DNA of 45,862 bases from Nemertoderma westbladi (GCA_032718475.1 JAUCBJ010003821.1:1-45862), one strand, 5' to 3'; shown: positions 1 to 12,710, counted from the stretch's first letter. Numbers and translations: made by a program. The notes: a model not told the origin generated them from the sequence alone.

Positions 1-16
1 ATATTTTGAAGTTGGA

Positions 17-3000
17 ATGTTGTGGCGTCGACAACCTCCTAAGTTGGAGAACAACTACAACTTAGCCTTGAAAATATTGAACGGAGTAAGGGCTCGGTTG
101 CTGAAGAATCCAGACGTTAGGGAGAAGTATTGCGCCCAGATAAACAACTATTTTGGCAAGGGATTTGCTGGGAAGGTAGAGGACGCGGACTTAGTGATGG
201 ACCAGACTTATTACCTTCCACACCACTATGTGACTCACCCTGACAAACCAGATAAGGTCCGAGTAGTCAACGACTGCGCAGAGTCTATAGAGGTATGTCC
301 CTGAACTCAGAGTTGATGGATGGTCCCAACTTAAATAACTACTTGATAGGGGTACTGTTATGCTTTAGACAGCGGCGATTCGCGTTTACTTGCGACATCG
401 AGGCGATGTTTCACCAGGTAAGAGCCTGCAAGGTGGACCAGGATAGTCTCCGATTTCTCTGGTATGAGAATGAAGACCTATCCGGCCCAGTGGTTACATA
501 CCAGATGTATGTCAGTATATTCGGTACCCGCGATAGTCCCAACGGCACGCCGTTTGTTCTAAAGAAAATGGCAACGGCCCAGATTGGTAAGTATCCAGTA
601 GACGTTATTGAGTCCATCCTGAGAAACTTCTATATGGACGATGGATTGGTGTCCAAGGACACAGCGGAACAAGCCATAGAAGTGGCTCACGGCCTACAGG
701 AGTGCTTGGCTACAGGAGGTTTCCCATTGACCAAGTTCACCACCAACTCGGAGGCCCTATTAGAGTCATTCCCGGTAAAAGATCGCGGGAGCGGAGACAT
801 TGAATTGGGGGTAGAACCCATCCCCATGGCGCGAGTACTGGGACTCGCTTGGAATCCGAACACGGATAAGTTCCAGGTGAGAGTTAGGTCTGAGCCCAGT
901 AGTCCAGACAAAGTTTTGACTAAGAGAATCTGCTTATCCACAATGAGTAGACTATTTGACCCGATGAACTTTATCAGCCAGGTAATATTACAGGCACGAG
1001 TATGTATGAGGAAAATTTGGTTGTTCGACCTAGAGTGGGACGAGGCAATATCCCCTATACATGCAAAGCAGTGGAGAGAGTGGGAAGCCGAGTTACATCT
1101 ATTGAAAAATATAGATGTACCCCGCTCCTACTTTCCAAATCAGCTGGTATTTCCAGCTGATTTAGAACTGCACTTATTTAGTGACGCAAGTTACACCGGC
1201 TTTGGTATGGTAGCCTACCTTCGCCGAGAGGTAAGTCAGGATAAGTTTGAGACAGCCTTTGTGACTTCTAGATCAAAGACAATGCCGGTCAAATACATGA
1301 CTGTCCCTCGTGCAGAGTTGCAGGCGGAAGTAGTCTCAGTTGAGGTAAGTAAGCAGATAATAGAGGAGTTAGACACTACATTGACCTTATTCTATTGGAC
1401 GGATGCATCCTTAGTGTTAGTGTACATTGCAGCCGACAATATTGCACTAAAGACATTTGTGGCCAACAGATCGTCGAATTTTCGACGAAGGAACAATGGA
1501 GACATTGTCCGGGAGTGTTAAACCCGGCCGACATAACTTCGAGAGGTGCTATGCCGGCGGAATTCTGTCAGGAAGAGTCCCAGGAGTTTTGGTTACATGG
1601 ACCTGATTTTCTAACGAAGACACAGGAACATTGGCCAGAGCGACTGAAGATAGTAACCAATCCGATGCCGATAGATGTAGAAGTCAAGGTGGAGAAAGTC
1701 TCCAAGTCTAAGTCGAAAGCCAAATTAGATTCATTGGAGCGTCCTGAAGAGTCATTGGAGCGGCCTGAAGAGTTATTGGAGTGGCCTGAAGAGCCATTGG
1801 AGCGGCCTGAAGAGTCATTGGAGCGGCCCAGAGACCTGTCAGACCTAGAGACGTACGTGACTACTAGATCCGGAAGGGTAAGTTATGACATATAACCACC
1901 CTTACAGACTACACAAGTGGTCACAATTGGTAAGTGACGGACAGAAAATGACCGACAAAATGGAGCCTTTGGTTTCCAAACCTGCGGGTTTGGATTCGAA
2001 ACTTCCATTAGCTAGCGGGCAACCGTCGCTGGCATTAGAGCCATGTAGTATTTATGACAAATTACTAAATTCGTCTGCCTCTTGGCTGACAATATGTAAA
2101 AGAACTGCATGGTTAAGCCGATACGTTTCGTACCTTTGTTTAAAACATTCGGAACATTTATGAGAACAAACGAGCACTAATATTGAGCGAATTCAGAAAT
2201 TGAAACAACCTCTGACAGAGGATGAGATTGATTAAGCGGAATTAAAACATTTGAAGCATTATCAAATGTGTGCCTTCCCGAAAGAATTCTATCTATTATT
2301 GGCTCAACGACCAGTTCTCTATAAACCCCTTAGAAAATGGAGCCCATTAATCCATAAGGGTTTAATTTGTCATAGATCGAGAATCCAGACTGTCGACATA
2401 AACTCACAGTTTAGGTTCCCAGTGATAATCCCTAATCACCCATTAGAATTGCAAAGAGCGATTCTATGGGATATACATAAGAGGTTGCATCACGCGGGAA
2501 AGTTACATTGTTTGTCGGCAGCGAGACAGCGATTCATTCCATTGCAGCCAAGCAGGGCAGTAGGTACTATGTACGACGCCTGTCTGGTTTGCAAGAGAGT
2601 GAACGCCAGAGTATTGGAACAGGAGATGGCTGAACTCCCGGAAGTGAGAGTGCAGGCATATGACCCACCCTTTACAAATACAGGGGTGGACTGCTTTGGT
2701 CCGATTGAGGCAAAGAGTGGACGGCTGACCCACAAGAGATGGGGCCTGCTACTGATATGTATGGCCAGTAGAGCCATAAACATAGAGGCTGTGGCAGACA
2801 TGTCGACCAAATCTCTGCTCCTGGCCTTAAAGAGATTTATGGCCAGGAGAGGACTAGTTCTACTCTGACAAGGGTACAAACTTTGTCGGAGGGAATAGCG
2901 AGTTGAACGCGGCTCATAGGGCAGCGCAGAATAGAGAAATCTCTGCAGCACTTTTGCTGCAAAGAGTGGAGTGGAAATTTAACACTCCAGAAAGTCCCTG

Positions 3001-3604
3001 GAGAGGAGGAAGTTGGGAGCGTTTGGTTCGCTCCATAAAACAGGCTATTGCTAAAACATTGCCTGTAAATAAACAACTTACCGACGATGAGCTGGTAACA
3101 GCTTTCATCGAAATCGAGCATACATTGAACTCGAGGCCGATAGCTATGTTGCCAGACGGTGTTGCATTAATGCCGAATCATTTGCTAATGCAGAGTCCAG
3201 CGTTTCTTGTGCCAGCATCAGAACCCATTAGTGCCGACCTATATAGTCGAAAGAGCTGGAAAATAACTCAATTCGTTGCGTACACATTCTGGGAATATTG
3301 GCGGGAATATTATCTTCCCACAATATCCACCAGATCCAAGTGGTACAAAACAGTTCGGAGCCTCCAAAGAGGAGACTACGTATTAATAACCGAACCAGTT
3401 GTCAAGAGAAAATATTGGGAGACCGGAGTCATCTTGCACATACACCCAGACGTACAAAATATAGTGCACACCGTCACTGTAAAAATAAGGTGCAAGTGTC
3501 CGAACCAAAAGAAGTGTAAAACTAATGGTTTACACACCTTTGACCAGACCGGTCCAAGATATCGTGTTATTAGAGGAGACACGCATCGAGACAGGAGACT
3601 ATAA
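17..3604 (+). pseudogene. pol: BEL/Pao LTR retrotransposon pol (RT, RNase H, integrase), frameshifted with stops, truncated at window start
   Basis: Hallmark BEL motifs across consecutive ORF pieces: YYLPHH..PDKVRVV, SLNSEL.DGP, DIEAMFHQV, FYMDD, VLGLAW, LHLFSDAS..GFG, VPRAELQA, WTDA, NPADITSRG, FWLHGP, HH..CC zinc finger, TGVDCFGP, SPWRGGSWERLV. Frameshifts near 295, 1480 and 2865; stops near 2160-2235. Confidence 0.95.
1731..1828 (+). repeat. 21-bp in-frame tandem repeat (LERPEES) inside pol
   Basis: About 4.7 copies of TCATTGGAGCGGCCTGAAGAG between RNase H and integrase. Confidence 0.9.
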
Positions 3605-4049
3605 TTTGTCTCCTGCTTCAAACCAAAATTAGTGTTGGATCACAAATTCACTTTGTATGCATTCCTCGTATGCAAATACTAGGAAATGCATAGGAGCGGG
3701 TTTGTGGTGATTTGCGTTGAGAATTTGTCTAGTGGGTATCAAAACAAAATTTTATTTCATAAAATGTTTGGAAAATTAAAAATTTTAAAAAATTAGAAGT
3801 GAACCCAAGACAATTCCAAACGCTGTGTATAGACGTGTTCTAGAATTTGTCTATAGAAATACAGTAATTTGAAAGTCGTGAAGCCTGGAAAATAGTATCT
3901 AGACACCATGGTGATGGCTATATTATGTAGGAGTGTAAATTGAGTTCAGTAACCTCCACAGATTGGTGCCAACAGTACAACAACCGAGGTGCTAAAGGTT
4001 AGTAGCACCAGAGGCGTACACAGACCCCACTCAGTAGTTTGCAGTGGAG

Positions 4050-4615
4050 TGTTAGCTTATCCAATTCCGCTAACACAAACCCATAGAGTGAGCCATAAAG
4101 CAATATTGGGAGCACGAGGTTGATTACCAATCAACCTCGTGTCAGCCCAGTAAACGGGGACAATAGGCCCCAAAGGAGACACACACAATAAGGGTCAGGG
4201 GTTACTCCCCTGACAAGAGAGAGAATAGCTGGGGTGAACGGGAAACACACCAGGGAAGGTGAAGGGGCGAGAAGTGGGATATTAGCCAATGGGGGGGCAA
4301 GGCATCGATTAGGTAGTAATATGGCCAACCGTGCAGTATATTACCTGTTGGTGCTCCCCTATTCAGTCAGTTATCTCAGTCGGTCAGTACAGTCAGGTAG
4401 TACGGTGACAGTTAGGACCGTCACCGCCGTCATCACATTACCGGTACCAGTGCAGCAGTATTCAGTGCTATCTGCTATTGTACCTATACACTATATGTTA
4501 TCTCAATTTATATCCTTAACAACAACGTCAGAACAACAACTCTTTTCATCCACACGGCGGGGACGCGTACTTAACCAATACCGGATAAACCGGGATCCTC
4601 TCGGATCCCGTCACA
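4050..4615 (+). repeat. 5' LTR of the nested element
   Basis: TGTTAG...GTCACA; no differences from 10432-10997 seen by eye. CCAAT, TATA-like (about 4337) and TCAGT Inr-like (about 4363) motifs. Confidence 0.95.
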
Positions 4616-4670
4616 GTCCTAACTCTAGGCCTGCCGAACTGTAACTGCCAGACACAGACCAAAGACAAAG

Positions 4671-7600
4671 ATGTTTCGAGAGAAAGGAACGACATCGCCG
4701 CGGACCCCGGGCGACGATCTAACGATCCGCGAGGCCACGGCGAGACGATACGAACCCATGACGCCGGTCGATGCTACGCCGACCACGTCGACGCAGGTTG
4801 ACGCCACGTCGATAACGAGCAACACGGCGAACCAAGATGTGGGGGGTCGTCTACCAGGAGAGAGCGAGTCGAGTAGAGGAGACGAGTCGAGAGGAGAAGA
4901 GAAAGACGAGTCGACGTGGAGCGAGGGTCGACGTACCGATGTCGCCGGCCCGCCACAGGCCGAGGGCGACGGACGGCCCACCGGAACGGCAACGGTGGAG
5001 CCGCCGGTACGACGTCGGACCCGGAGAGACGGACGAGAGGTCGGCGACGAGGACGTCGGGGTTTCTGATCGACTTTGACGGGCCTACAACGCGACCCGGG
5101 AACTACTAAAGGAGGCCAAGGAGGGGGCGAAGATAGACGAGGTGAGACTGAGAAAGCGACTAGGTGAGTCGAACAGATACTTTGATCACCTAGTGTGTTC
5201 TGGACAGAGAGAACTAGCAGAGTTGAGGGCGTGGGGAGTTGCCTTCGAACTGTTTAAACTGTGGGAATGTGGGGGTATGGAACCTAGCGTAGTGTACGTA
5301 GGGCCATACTTAGTCGATGCCCGGGGAGTAAAATTAGTGGGTTGGAAGAGACCTGAGGAGGGCGAATCCGAGGTTAACTCCGAGGATTCGGTCTCGTCGG
5401 TCGGAGGAAGTTCCGGGAGGCGGGGGAAAGTTAGTGGGACGGAGGGGCGACGGGAGTCCGTCGCAACCGATAAGTCTGCTACATCCTCCGTAAAAGAAAG
5501 ACGGGTGCGAGAGAGTGAACGCATGGCGTATAAATTAGAAATGGTTGCGACAGAGCAGAATGAGTTAGAGAGACGATTGAGAGAGGGAAGCGCATTCTCA
5601 GAGAAGGTAGGAGAGTTGGAGAGGGAGTGTAGAGAGAGGGCCGAGAAGTGTAGAGAGGGAGCCAAGGAGTGTAGAGAGCGAGAGATAGGAGTAGAGAGCG
5701 AGCCGGCGAGGCGGCTTGAGATGCTTGCGAGAGAGGCAGAGTTGGCTGAGCAGAATATGCGAGAGATGGGGATAGAGGGTGAGTGCAGGCGGGATGATTT
5801 GCGTGCTCAGCTAGGGAGGCTTGCGCAATATCAAGCCAAATTAGACCAGCGCCGACTAGAACTGGCGCGGTTGGAGATATCAGAGAGTGAGCCCCCACTT
5901 ACAGGCACCGGGCGAGAGAGCCAGAACTGGTGTAGCCGTACGGGCGGGGGGTGTAGTAGTAGTACGTTAGAGACAGTTAATGTTAATAGTACCGTAGTAA
6001 ATAACCCTAATCCCTTTATTACAGGAAATAATATTTTACCGGGTAGTAGTAATTTAAATTTAAATACAAATATTCTAAATAATAATTTCAATTCAAACCC
6101 GCAAAATAATTCGGATAATAATTTAAGTCTAGAGAATAGTAGTGATCTAAGTAATTTAAATAATTTAAATAATAATCCCGTTTCAAATTCTAATAATTTA
6201 ATTGATTTAACAAATAATATTGGGAATGGTGCTATTAATGTGAGCGTGTCGGACGTACATAACCCGGCAGACGGGGGCCTGGTAGGCCACGTAGTTAGTA
6301 GGCAGGAGGCAGCGGGGTTGAGCCAACCCGAAGTGGGCCTGATGGGCCACGCAGTAGTAGAGAGAGAGGCGGGGGTGAATAGACCCAGCCGTAGTAGAGA
6401 CAGTGCGTCGACTAGAGAAGGGTGTAGAAGTGTAGCAAGAGGTAGTGAAGTTAGAAGTGGCGGGTGGGGGGGGGCTACGGGCACCCCACCGTAAGAGATT
6501 AGTAGAGAGAGAGGGGGGGCAGAGATTGTCCCACAGCCGTCAGCGGATAATGCGCGGGCCGAATTAGGTAAACCGCAACACCCGGCGACGGAGAGTAATA
6601 GGGGGATTGCGAGTATCCCCAGCGGCGTGCGATCGAGTAGAGAGAGGCAGGTTGACGTCGCGAGAGGGCAGACGAAGCGTCGAGCCCGATTAGAAGAGGG
6701 AGGAAGAAGAGTGGAGTTTAACCGGGAGGTCGACGAGAGATCTCACGAGCCGGAATACTGCACTGAAAAGAGACGAAGAGGAGATAGTAGAAAAGGTGTC
6801 GCCACGAATGATAGGAGTGTGAGGACGGATAACGAACCGTCGATAGTAGAGATGGAGTCAGGGAGCCAGTGGGGTCGAACTTCGGGAGATTGCCGTCGCC
6901 CCGGAGAAACGCACCGCACGCCAAGAGAGGGGTACAAGACGTACCAATACAAAGTCGAGAACAGGAGAGGGGATCGAAGAGAAGCTTCCCGACGGGATAT
7001 ACCTGCCGATCGAGAGTGCAGTAGTCGCGGGGAGATTCGAGATTCGCGAAGAATAAACTTCGGTTCGGAAGGGCACATGCAGACTGCAGGACATACTGTA
7101 GGCCTTACTGCACATACTATTGTAGGCCATGCTGGGAGAGATAGAGTAGGCGATGGGGTAGCGCGAACGACGGGATTAAACCCGGAAGTCGCGGAGTACA
7201 TACCGGTAGGTAGGCCTGTATCGGTACAGCAGCATGACTATAATAATAAACAGGGACATAACATATATCCAGGGGAGGGGGGAGTTATTAGAGATAGACG
7301 TATGGGCCCCAATGTATTAACATCAACCCCAGTACCAAACATACCGGCTGGGGGGGGACAGGGTGACATTCCCCCATCACAATATCGACAATATACCCCG
7401 ATAGGAGCAAGAATATCGAACTCCCTGGACGAGAGCAGGTCGTGCGGACAGTCACCACCACACGCGGCCATACAGGGGACTACCAGTCCACAGTTAGCTG
7501 GTAGTAGGGCCACACCGTGGCAGGGACAGAAAGAAAATAACACCGTAAATAAAAACAATCCCAATATACCCAGTAGGCCGAGTCTAGACAACCAAAACAT

Positions 7601-8216
7601 TAAATCGGTACATATAAACCTAAGCGCGATACGTGAAGGACTATACAGGAAATGCTATAATCCAGGATTCCAATGTCAATTACATCGGGACGGAACCCAT
7701 AAGACCAAGAGTTGCAAGTACTGGCAAGCGTTGCCCAAACGAGATCGTGTAGCCTACACAGACGCAAACGGACTATGTCATCGATGTGTGGTAAAAGGAC
7801 ACAGATCCGGAGATTGTTGGAAAGGGAGAGGATGTGAAAGGACTAGACCAGGGGCAGAGAAGCCCATGAGCAAACATAAGGGAGTCGGGAAAGTAGAAGG
7901 AGGCGTGTTGCATACACACGCAGGACGGACACAGTGCGAGGGGGCATTGCACGGGCAGACACCGCGTATACCGAGGGACGAGCGGGGGTCGTCGAGGGCT
8001 TTAATGCCAGCGCACATACGAAGGGGGAGGCCAGCAAAGGTGGCACCGAAGAGAGTGTGGCGAAGAGTTAGAGGACGTATAGGAGGGCAGCAGGAGAGTG
8101 CCTACTGGAAGAAGGGGCACCTGAGAGTTTTTAGTCGTCCAAAGTTTTGGACTGAGGGGGGTGGGAATGAGGGCGAGACGCCCTTCCCACGCACAAAATA
8201 TAAAATAATTATTTAA
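4671..8216 (+). pseudogene. gag: Gag-like ORF of 1182 codons broken by two in-frame stops
   Basis: ORFs 4671-5078, 5142-6494 and 6627-8216 share one frame and the gaps are open apart from TGA 5076 and TAA 6492. Coiled-coil E/R region, Asn-rich tract, and C-terminal CQLH..H...C and LCHRC..GH....C knuckles typical of BEL Gag. Confidence 0.75.
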
Positions 8217-8234
8217 TTAAATAAAATAATTAAA

Positions 8235-10020
8235 TAATAAAGTAGGTAGAAGTTAGGTAGTTAGGAGTTATTTAGGAGGTACGTAGTACCTAGAGTCAGA
8301 GTTAGTTAGTTAGTCAGTTAGCACTGATAGTTAGTGTTAGAGTAAGAGTTAGAGAGTCTCTCTACCGTTAGAGAGTAGGAGTTAAGGGGTACGTAGTACC
8401 GTTAGAGAGTTAGTAAGAGTTAGTAGGTACGTAGTACCTAGTTAGAGAGTCAGTAGGTACGTAGTACCTAGTTAGAGTTAGAGTTAGTAGGTACGTAGTA
8501 CCGTTAGAGAGTTAGTAAGAGTTAGTAGGTACGTAGTACCTAGTTAGAGTTAGAGTTAGTAGGTACGTAGTACCGTTAGAGAGTTAGTAAGAGTTAGTAG
8601 GTACGTAGTACCTAGTTAGAGTTAGAGTTAGTAGGTACGTAGTACCTAGTTAGAGTTAGAGTTAGAGGGTACTTAGTACCGAAGTTAGAGGGTACGTAGT
8701 ACCGATAGTTAGAGAGTTAGTAGGTACGTAGTACCTAGTTAGAGAGTTAGTAGGTACGTAGTACCTAGTTAGAGTTAGAGTTAGAAGGTACATAGTACCT
8801 AGTTAGAGTTAGAGTTAGAGGGTACGTAGTACCGTTAGTTAGAGTTAGAGTTAGAGGGTACGTAAGTACCGCTAGTTAGTTAGAGTTAGAGGGTACGTAA
8901 GTACCGGTTAGAGAGTAAGAGTTAGAGGGTACGTAAGTACCGGCTAGAGAGTAGGAGTAGTAAGAGGGTACGTTGTACCGCTAGCTAGTAGAGAGAGCTA
9001 GAGTAGTAAGAGGGTACGTAGTACCGCTAGTTAGGGGTGTTAGTAGTAGCAGTAGAGGGTTGTGGGCACCGTAAGCGCCACGTAGTTAGAGTTAGTAGGG
9101 AATGCGCTGAACTTAGTGGGGCACGGGCGTGATGATGTGTTTGATGTAAGAGCAAGGTATGTTAATTAGGGTGGGTGCCGGGCACAAGAGGTGCCGGGCA
9201 CAAAAAGAGTAGAGTAGTAGACGGGCACATAGGGTGCCAGGTAGTAGAGTTAGAGAGTTAGAGATAGAGTAGAGTAGTAGAGAAGGCACATAGGGTGCCA
9301 GGTAGTAGAGTTAGTTGAGTTAGTAGAGAGTTAGTAGAGTTAGAAGGTGCCGGGCACAAGAGGTGCCGGGCACAAAAAGAGTTAGTAGAGTTAGAAGAGA
9401 GTTAGTAGAGTTAGTAGAGTCAGTAGTAGTTCACATAATTAACGTACCCACTCTGCCGGCACTCAGAGCGTCACGTGTAGGCGATGAGACGTAAAGGGGG
9501 TGTAGAGGAGTAGAGACGGGCACATAGGGTGCCAGAGAGTAGAAGAGTAGAGACGGGCACATAGGGTGCCAGGTAGTAAGTTAGAGAGGTAGTAGTGTAG
9601 TAGAGAGGGCACATAGGGTGCCAGGTAGTAGAGTAGAGCAGAGGGGGCACATAGGGTGCCAGGTAGTAGAGTAGAGCAGAGAGGGCACATAGGGTGCCAG
9701 ATAGTAGAGTGGTTGTGGGCACCGCAAGCGCCACGTAGTTAGAAGAGTGGAGTAGAGTTAGTAGAGCTAGTTAGTAGAGTTAGCAGAGCTAGTGGAGTAG
9801 AGTTAGCAGAGCTAGTGGAGTAGAGTTAGTAGAGCTAGTTAGCAGAGTTGGTAGACTCAGAGGAGTCAAGTAGAGTTAGTAGAAGTAGAGAGCTAGTAGG
9901 AGTTAGTTAGACTTAGTAGAGAGTTAGAGTCAGTAGAAAGTTAGAGGCTCTCAGTTAGAGCTAGAAGTAGTAAGAGTTAGTAGTTAGCAGAGTTAGTTAG
10001 ATAGTTAGAGTTAGTAAGCA
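8235..10020 (+). repeat. C-poor low-complexity array (GAGTTA/GAGTA) with embedded palindromic units
   Basis: Repeated GGTACGTAGTACC (about 8280-9030) and GGCACATAGGGTGCC / GTGCCGGGCAC (about 9170-9700) separated by AGAGTT spacers. Confidence 0.9.
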
Positions 10021-10431
10021 GTAGGTAGATAGTATGATAGCACAGGGGTAGCATTAGAGATTAAAGCCTTAGGGAGTGACAGAGAGTAGAGAGTAATAGT
10101 GCGGAGTGCGAAGAGAGCGTGGGCGCAATTCAAGTGTGGGGGAGGAGAAGTGAGAGGAAGAGTGTGGGACGAGGAGGTCCGGGAGTATGCGAGAGTTGGA
10201 GTAGAGTGGTGAGAGTGTTGGGGAAACAAAAATTGTGTGAGAGAAGCGCACGATCGGCCCGACACGAGACGCCAGAGGGTAGTGACATCATACCCATAGG
10301 GAGCGGCCTGGAAAGCCGACTCCGAAAAAATAGACCCACCCCACACCCGATAATAGATCGGGATCCAGCGGAATTGTAGCGCACTTTAGTTGGATGCTAT
10401 CTTCTCACCGGGAAGATAGCATGGGGGGGAG

Positions 10432-10997
10432 TGTTAGCTTATCCAATTCCGCTAACACAAACCCATAGAGTGAGCCATAAAGCAATATTGGGAGCACGAG
10501 GTTGATTACCAATCAACCTCGTGTCAGCCCAGTAAACGGGGACAATAGGCCCCAAAGGAGACACACACAATAAGGGTCAGGGGTTACTCCCCTGACAAGA
10601 GAGAGAATAGCTGGGGTGAACGGGAAACACACCAGGGAAGGTGAAGGGGCGAGAAGTGGGATATTAGCCAATGGGGGGGCAAGGCATCGATTAGGTAGTA
10701 ATATGGCCAACCGTGCAGTATATTACCTGTTGGTGCTCCCCTATTCAGTCAGTTATCTCAGTCGGTCAGTACAGTCAGGTAGTACGGTGACAGTTAGGAC
10801 CGTCACCGCCGTCATCACATTACCGGTACCAGTGCAGCAGTATTCAGTGCTATCTGCTATTGTACCTATACACTATATGTTATCTCAATTTATATCCTTA
10901 ACAACAACGTCAGAACAACAACTCTTTTCATCCACACGGCGGGGACGCGTACTTAACCAATACCGGATAAACCGGGATCCTCTCGGATCCCGTCACA
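10432..10997 (+). repeat. 3' LTR of the nested element
   Basis: Direct repeat of 4050-4615, preceded by PPT and followed by the TSD. Confidence 0.95.
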
Positions 10998-11342
10998 TGG
11001 AGTGAGGTGTTTGATTATCAAACCTGCGGGTTTGGTATAGTAGAGCGCCATAACTATTGTCTTTCTAACTACTGTAGTCTAGTACAAGTATTGGGGAGTA
11101 GCTTGGGTATCAAAAAGTGAGTTGGTCACGGCCAGTTTATCTCCGAAGTTTTTGCGCTATGCATGGGAATAGGTTAGAAGGTAGTTAGGAATTAGACGGG
11201 ATCTAGAAAGCCGAACCTGAACTGCTGGAAGGCGGCTGGGTAGCTCGGGAAGTCTGTCCCTCCACACCATCTAACTGATTTACCCACAGTGTAATTGGTT
11301 TGCGTGACGGACTATTGGGATATATGTATATACGCGGCAATA

Positions 11343-12710
11343 ATGGAGAAGGAAATTCGAGCGCAACCGAGGAGAGGATTTATCACCAGGGAGGAAGCGG
11401 AACTACCGTTCGCCCGACATGGGTGTCAGGACTCTAATGTTTACTACCATGGGAGATCGTATGGAGGCTCTACGAAAGGAAGATCGCACTCGATATCCCC
11501 ACGACTTCGCCCTTGATGTGTGCGATATTAGCGCCGACCCTGACGAGGAAATCGCCCATCTATACCATATGAATATGTATTTGCGGCACGATGAACCGCT
11601 ACCTGCCGTCCGAGATCAATTTGATGGGATGCATCTTTACCGGAGGACCCGAGACGAGGACGAGGAGACGCCAAAGGTTTCAGCGTATACAAGTTGTTCT
11701 ACAAATGCGGCGAATACATGAATAAACAAGACGTAGCAATTCCCGACCGACTGAACGAGCAGAATCCTGAACCGATATTAACGCGGTGTCAAGCTCACCA
11801 GTTTCTTAGATACAACGAGGGAGGTTACCCGATGAGCAACCCGATGAGCAGTATCGACTTTAGCGGAAAGAGACCTCCGAGACCTATTACGCCGACCGTT
11901 ACGACTTTGGACCCGTATACGGAGATTAAACCCTGTTCGACACCCGCTTTGATAGAGACGGCGGCGGCCATTTCGCTATACCGAGCCTATAAGGACCTAG
12001 AGGCGCAGCGCGAAGCGGTACGGGACTCGAGTACCAAACCCGCGGGTTTGAAACTCTCGAGTCCCTGGACCACGTTCACTTCGCTTCACCAGGAGAGGAA
12101 GCTCATGCCTGAGTATCCAGACGAGGTAAAAATACGACGCGAAAAGACAACGCAAGCTGTTCCGACATCCAATAGATTCTCGCCGTCCATCCGTCTACTG
12201 ACCATACCCACGATCCGCGATTTATACGATATTTACTCCAAATTATTTCAGGAAGTTTCGACGCACGCATTATTAAGCCCGAATATGTCCAATCCTTTAT
12301 ATATCATCGTCGCTCTGATATATACGTCTAGATTTATTGCCCAGCGCACAATTGGCGGCCTAAGGAGACTCGTTTGGGGTCATTGACCTCTGAACGAGTG
12401 GAGGAGCAACGGTCCGCCGCGCCGACAGCGACAACAGCCAGAGATCATAGCTCGCGGCAAGTACCAGGAGGAGTTGATGGAGGCGCCCACAGGAACACGG
12501 CAAATGGGACGAGGCCGAGGGAGGAGCACCAGTCGAGAGATAGTCGGTGCCCAGGGAACGTCGTCGCCAGTTCCGGGAAGTGATGCCTCAAGGACGCCGT
12601 CAACAGAGTCTACAGGGGGTAGACTGTTATATCTGGGGAGGGGACAAAAGAGAGGAGCGAGCCCGAACGACCCAGGAGCTACTCGATTAGACTATAATAT
12701 CACAGACTGA
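11343..12710 (+). pseudogene. Fragmented ORF(s) of unknown function in retroelement-associated DNA
   Basis: Overlapping + strand ORFs (73, 100, 230, 69, 78 aa) in a GC-richer block, consistent with one frameshifted gene starting at ATG 11343. No recognisable domain. Confidence 0.4.

Larger units (their letters stand above)
4050..10997 (+). mobile_element. Non-autonomous gag-only BEL/Pao-type LTR retrotransposon, nested insertion
   Basis: Two 566-bp direct repeats (TG...CA), 5-bp TSD TGGAG at 4045-4049 and 10998-11002, PPT GGGGGGGAG at 10423-10431, BEL-type zinc knuckles, no RT or integrase. Confidence 0.93.
3703..11288 (+). repeat. Candidate LTR of the outer BEL element (about 630 bp net), split by the nested element
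   Basis: Starts TGTGG after a hairpin and purine tract (GGAGCGGG) downstream of pol. Candidate end CCACA at 11288 is its reverse complement, followed by TGGTTTGCGTGACGG, which loosely resembles a tRNA-His primer site. No second copy in the window, so the right boundary is uncertain. Confidence 0.45.

Noticed and set aside
4131-4644. ORFs duplicated at 4131-4644 and 10513-11005
   Set aside because: They lie in the LTRs, lack ATG-supported domain content, and are duplicated only because the LTR is.
411-8046. Many minus-strand ORFs over pol and gag
   Set aside because: Antisense shadows of the + strand coding sequence with no motifs.
8300-9000. Telomeric repeat tract (TTAGAG)
   Set aside because: Runs are only 2-3 units long, interrupted by hairpins, and internal to an LTR element.
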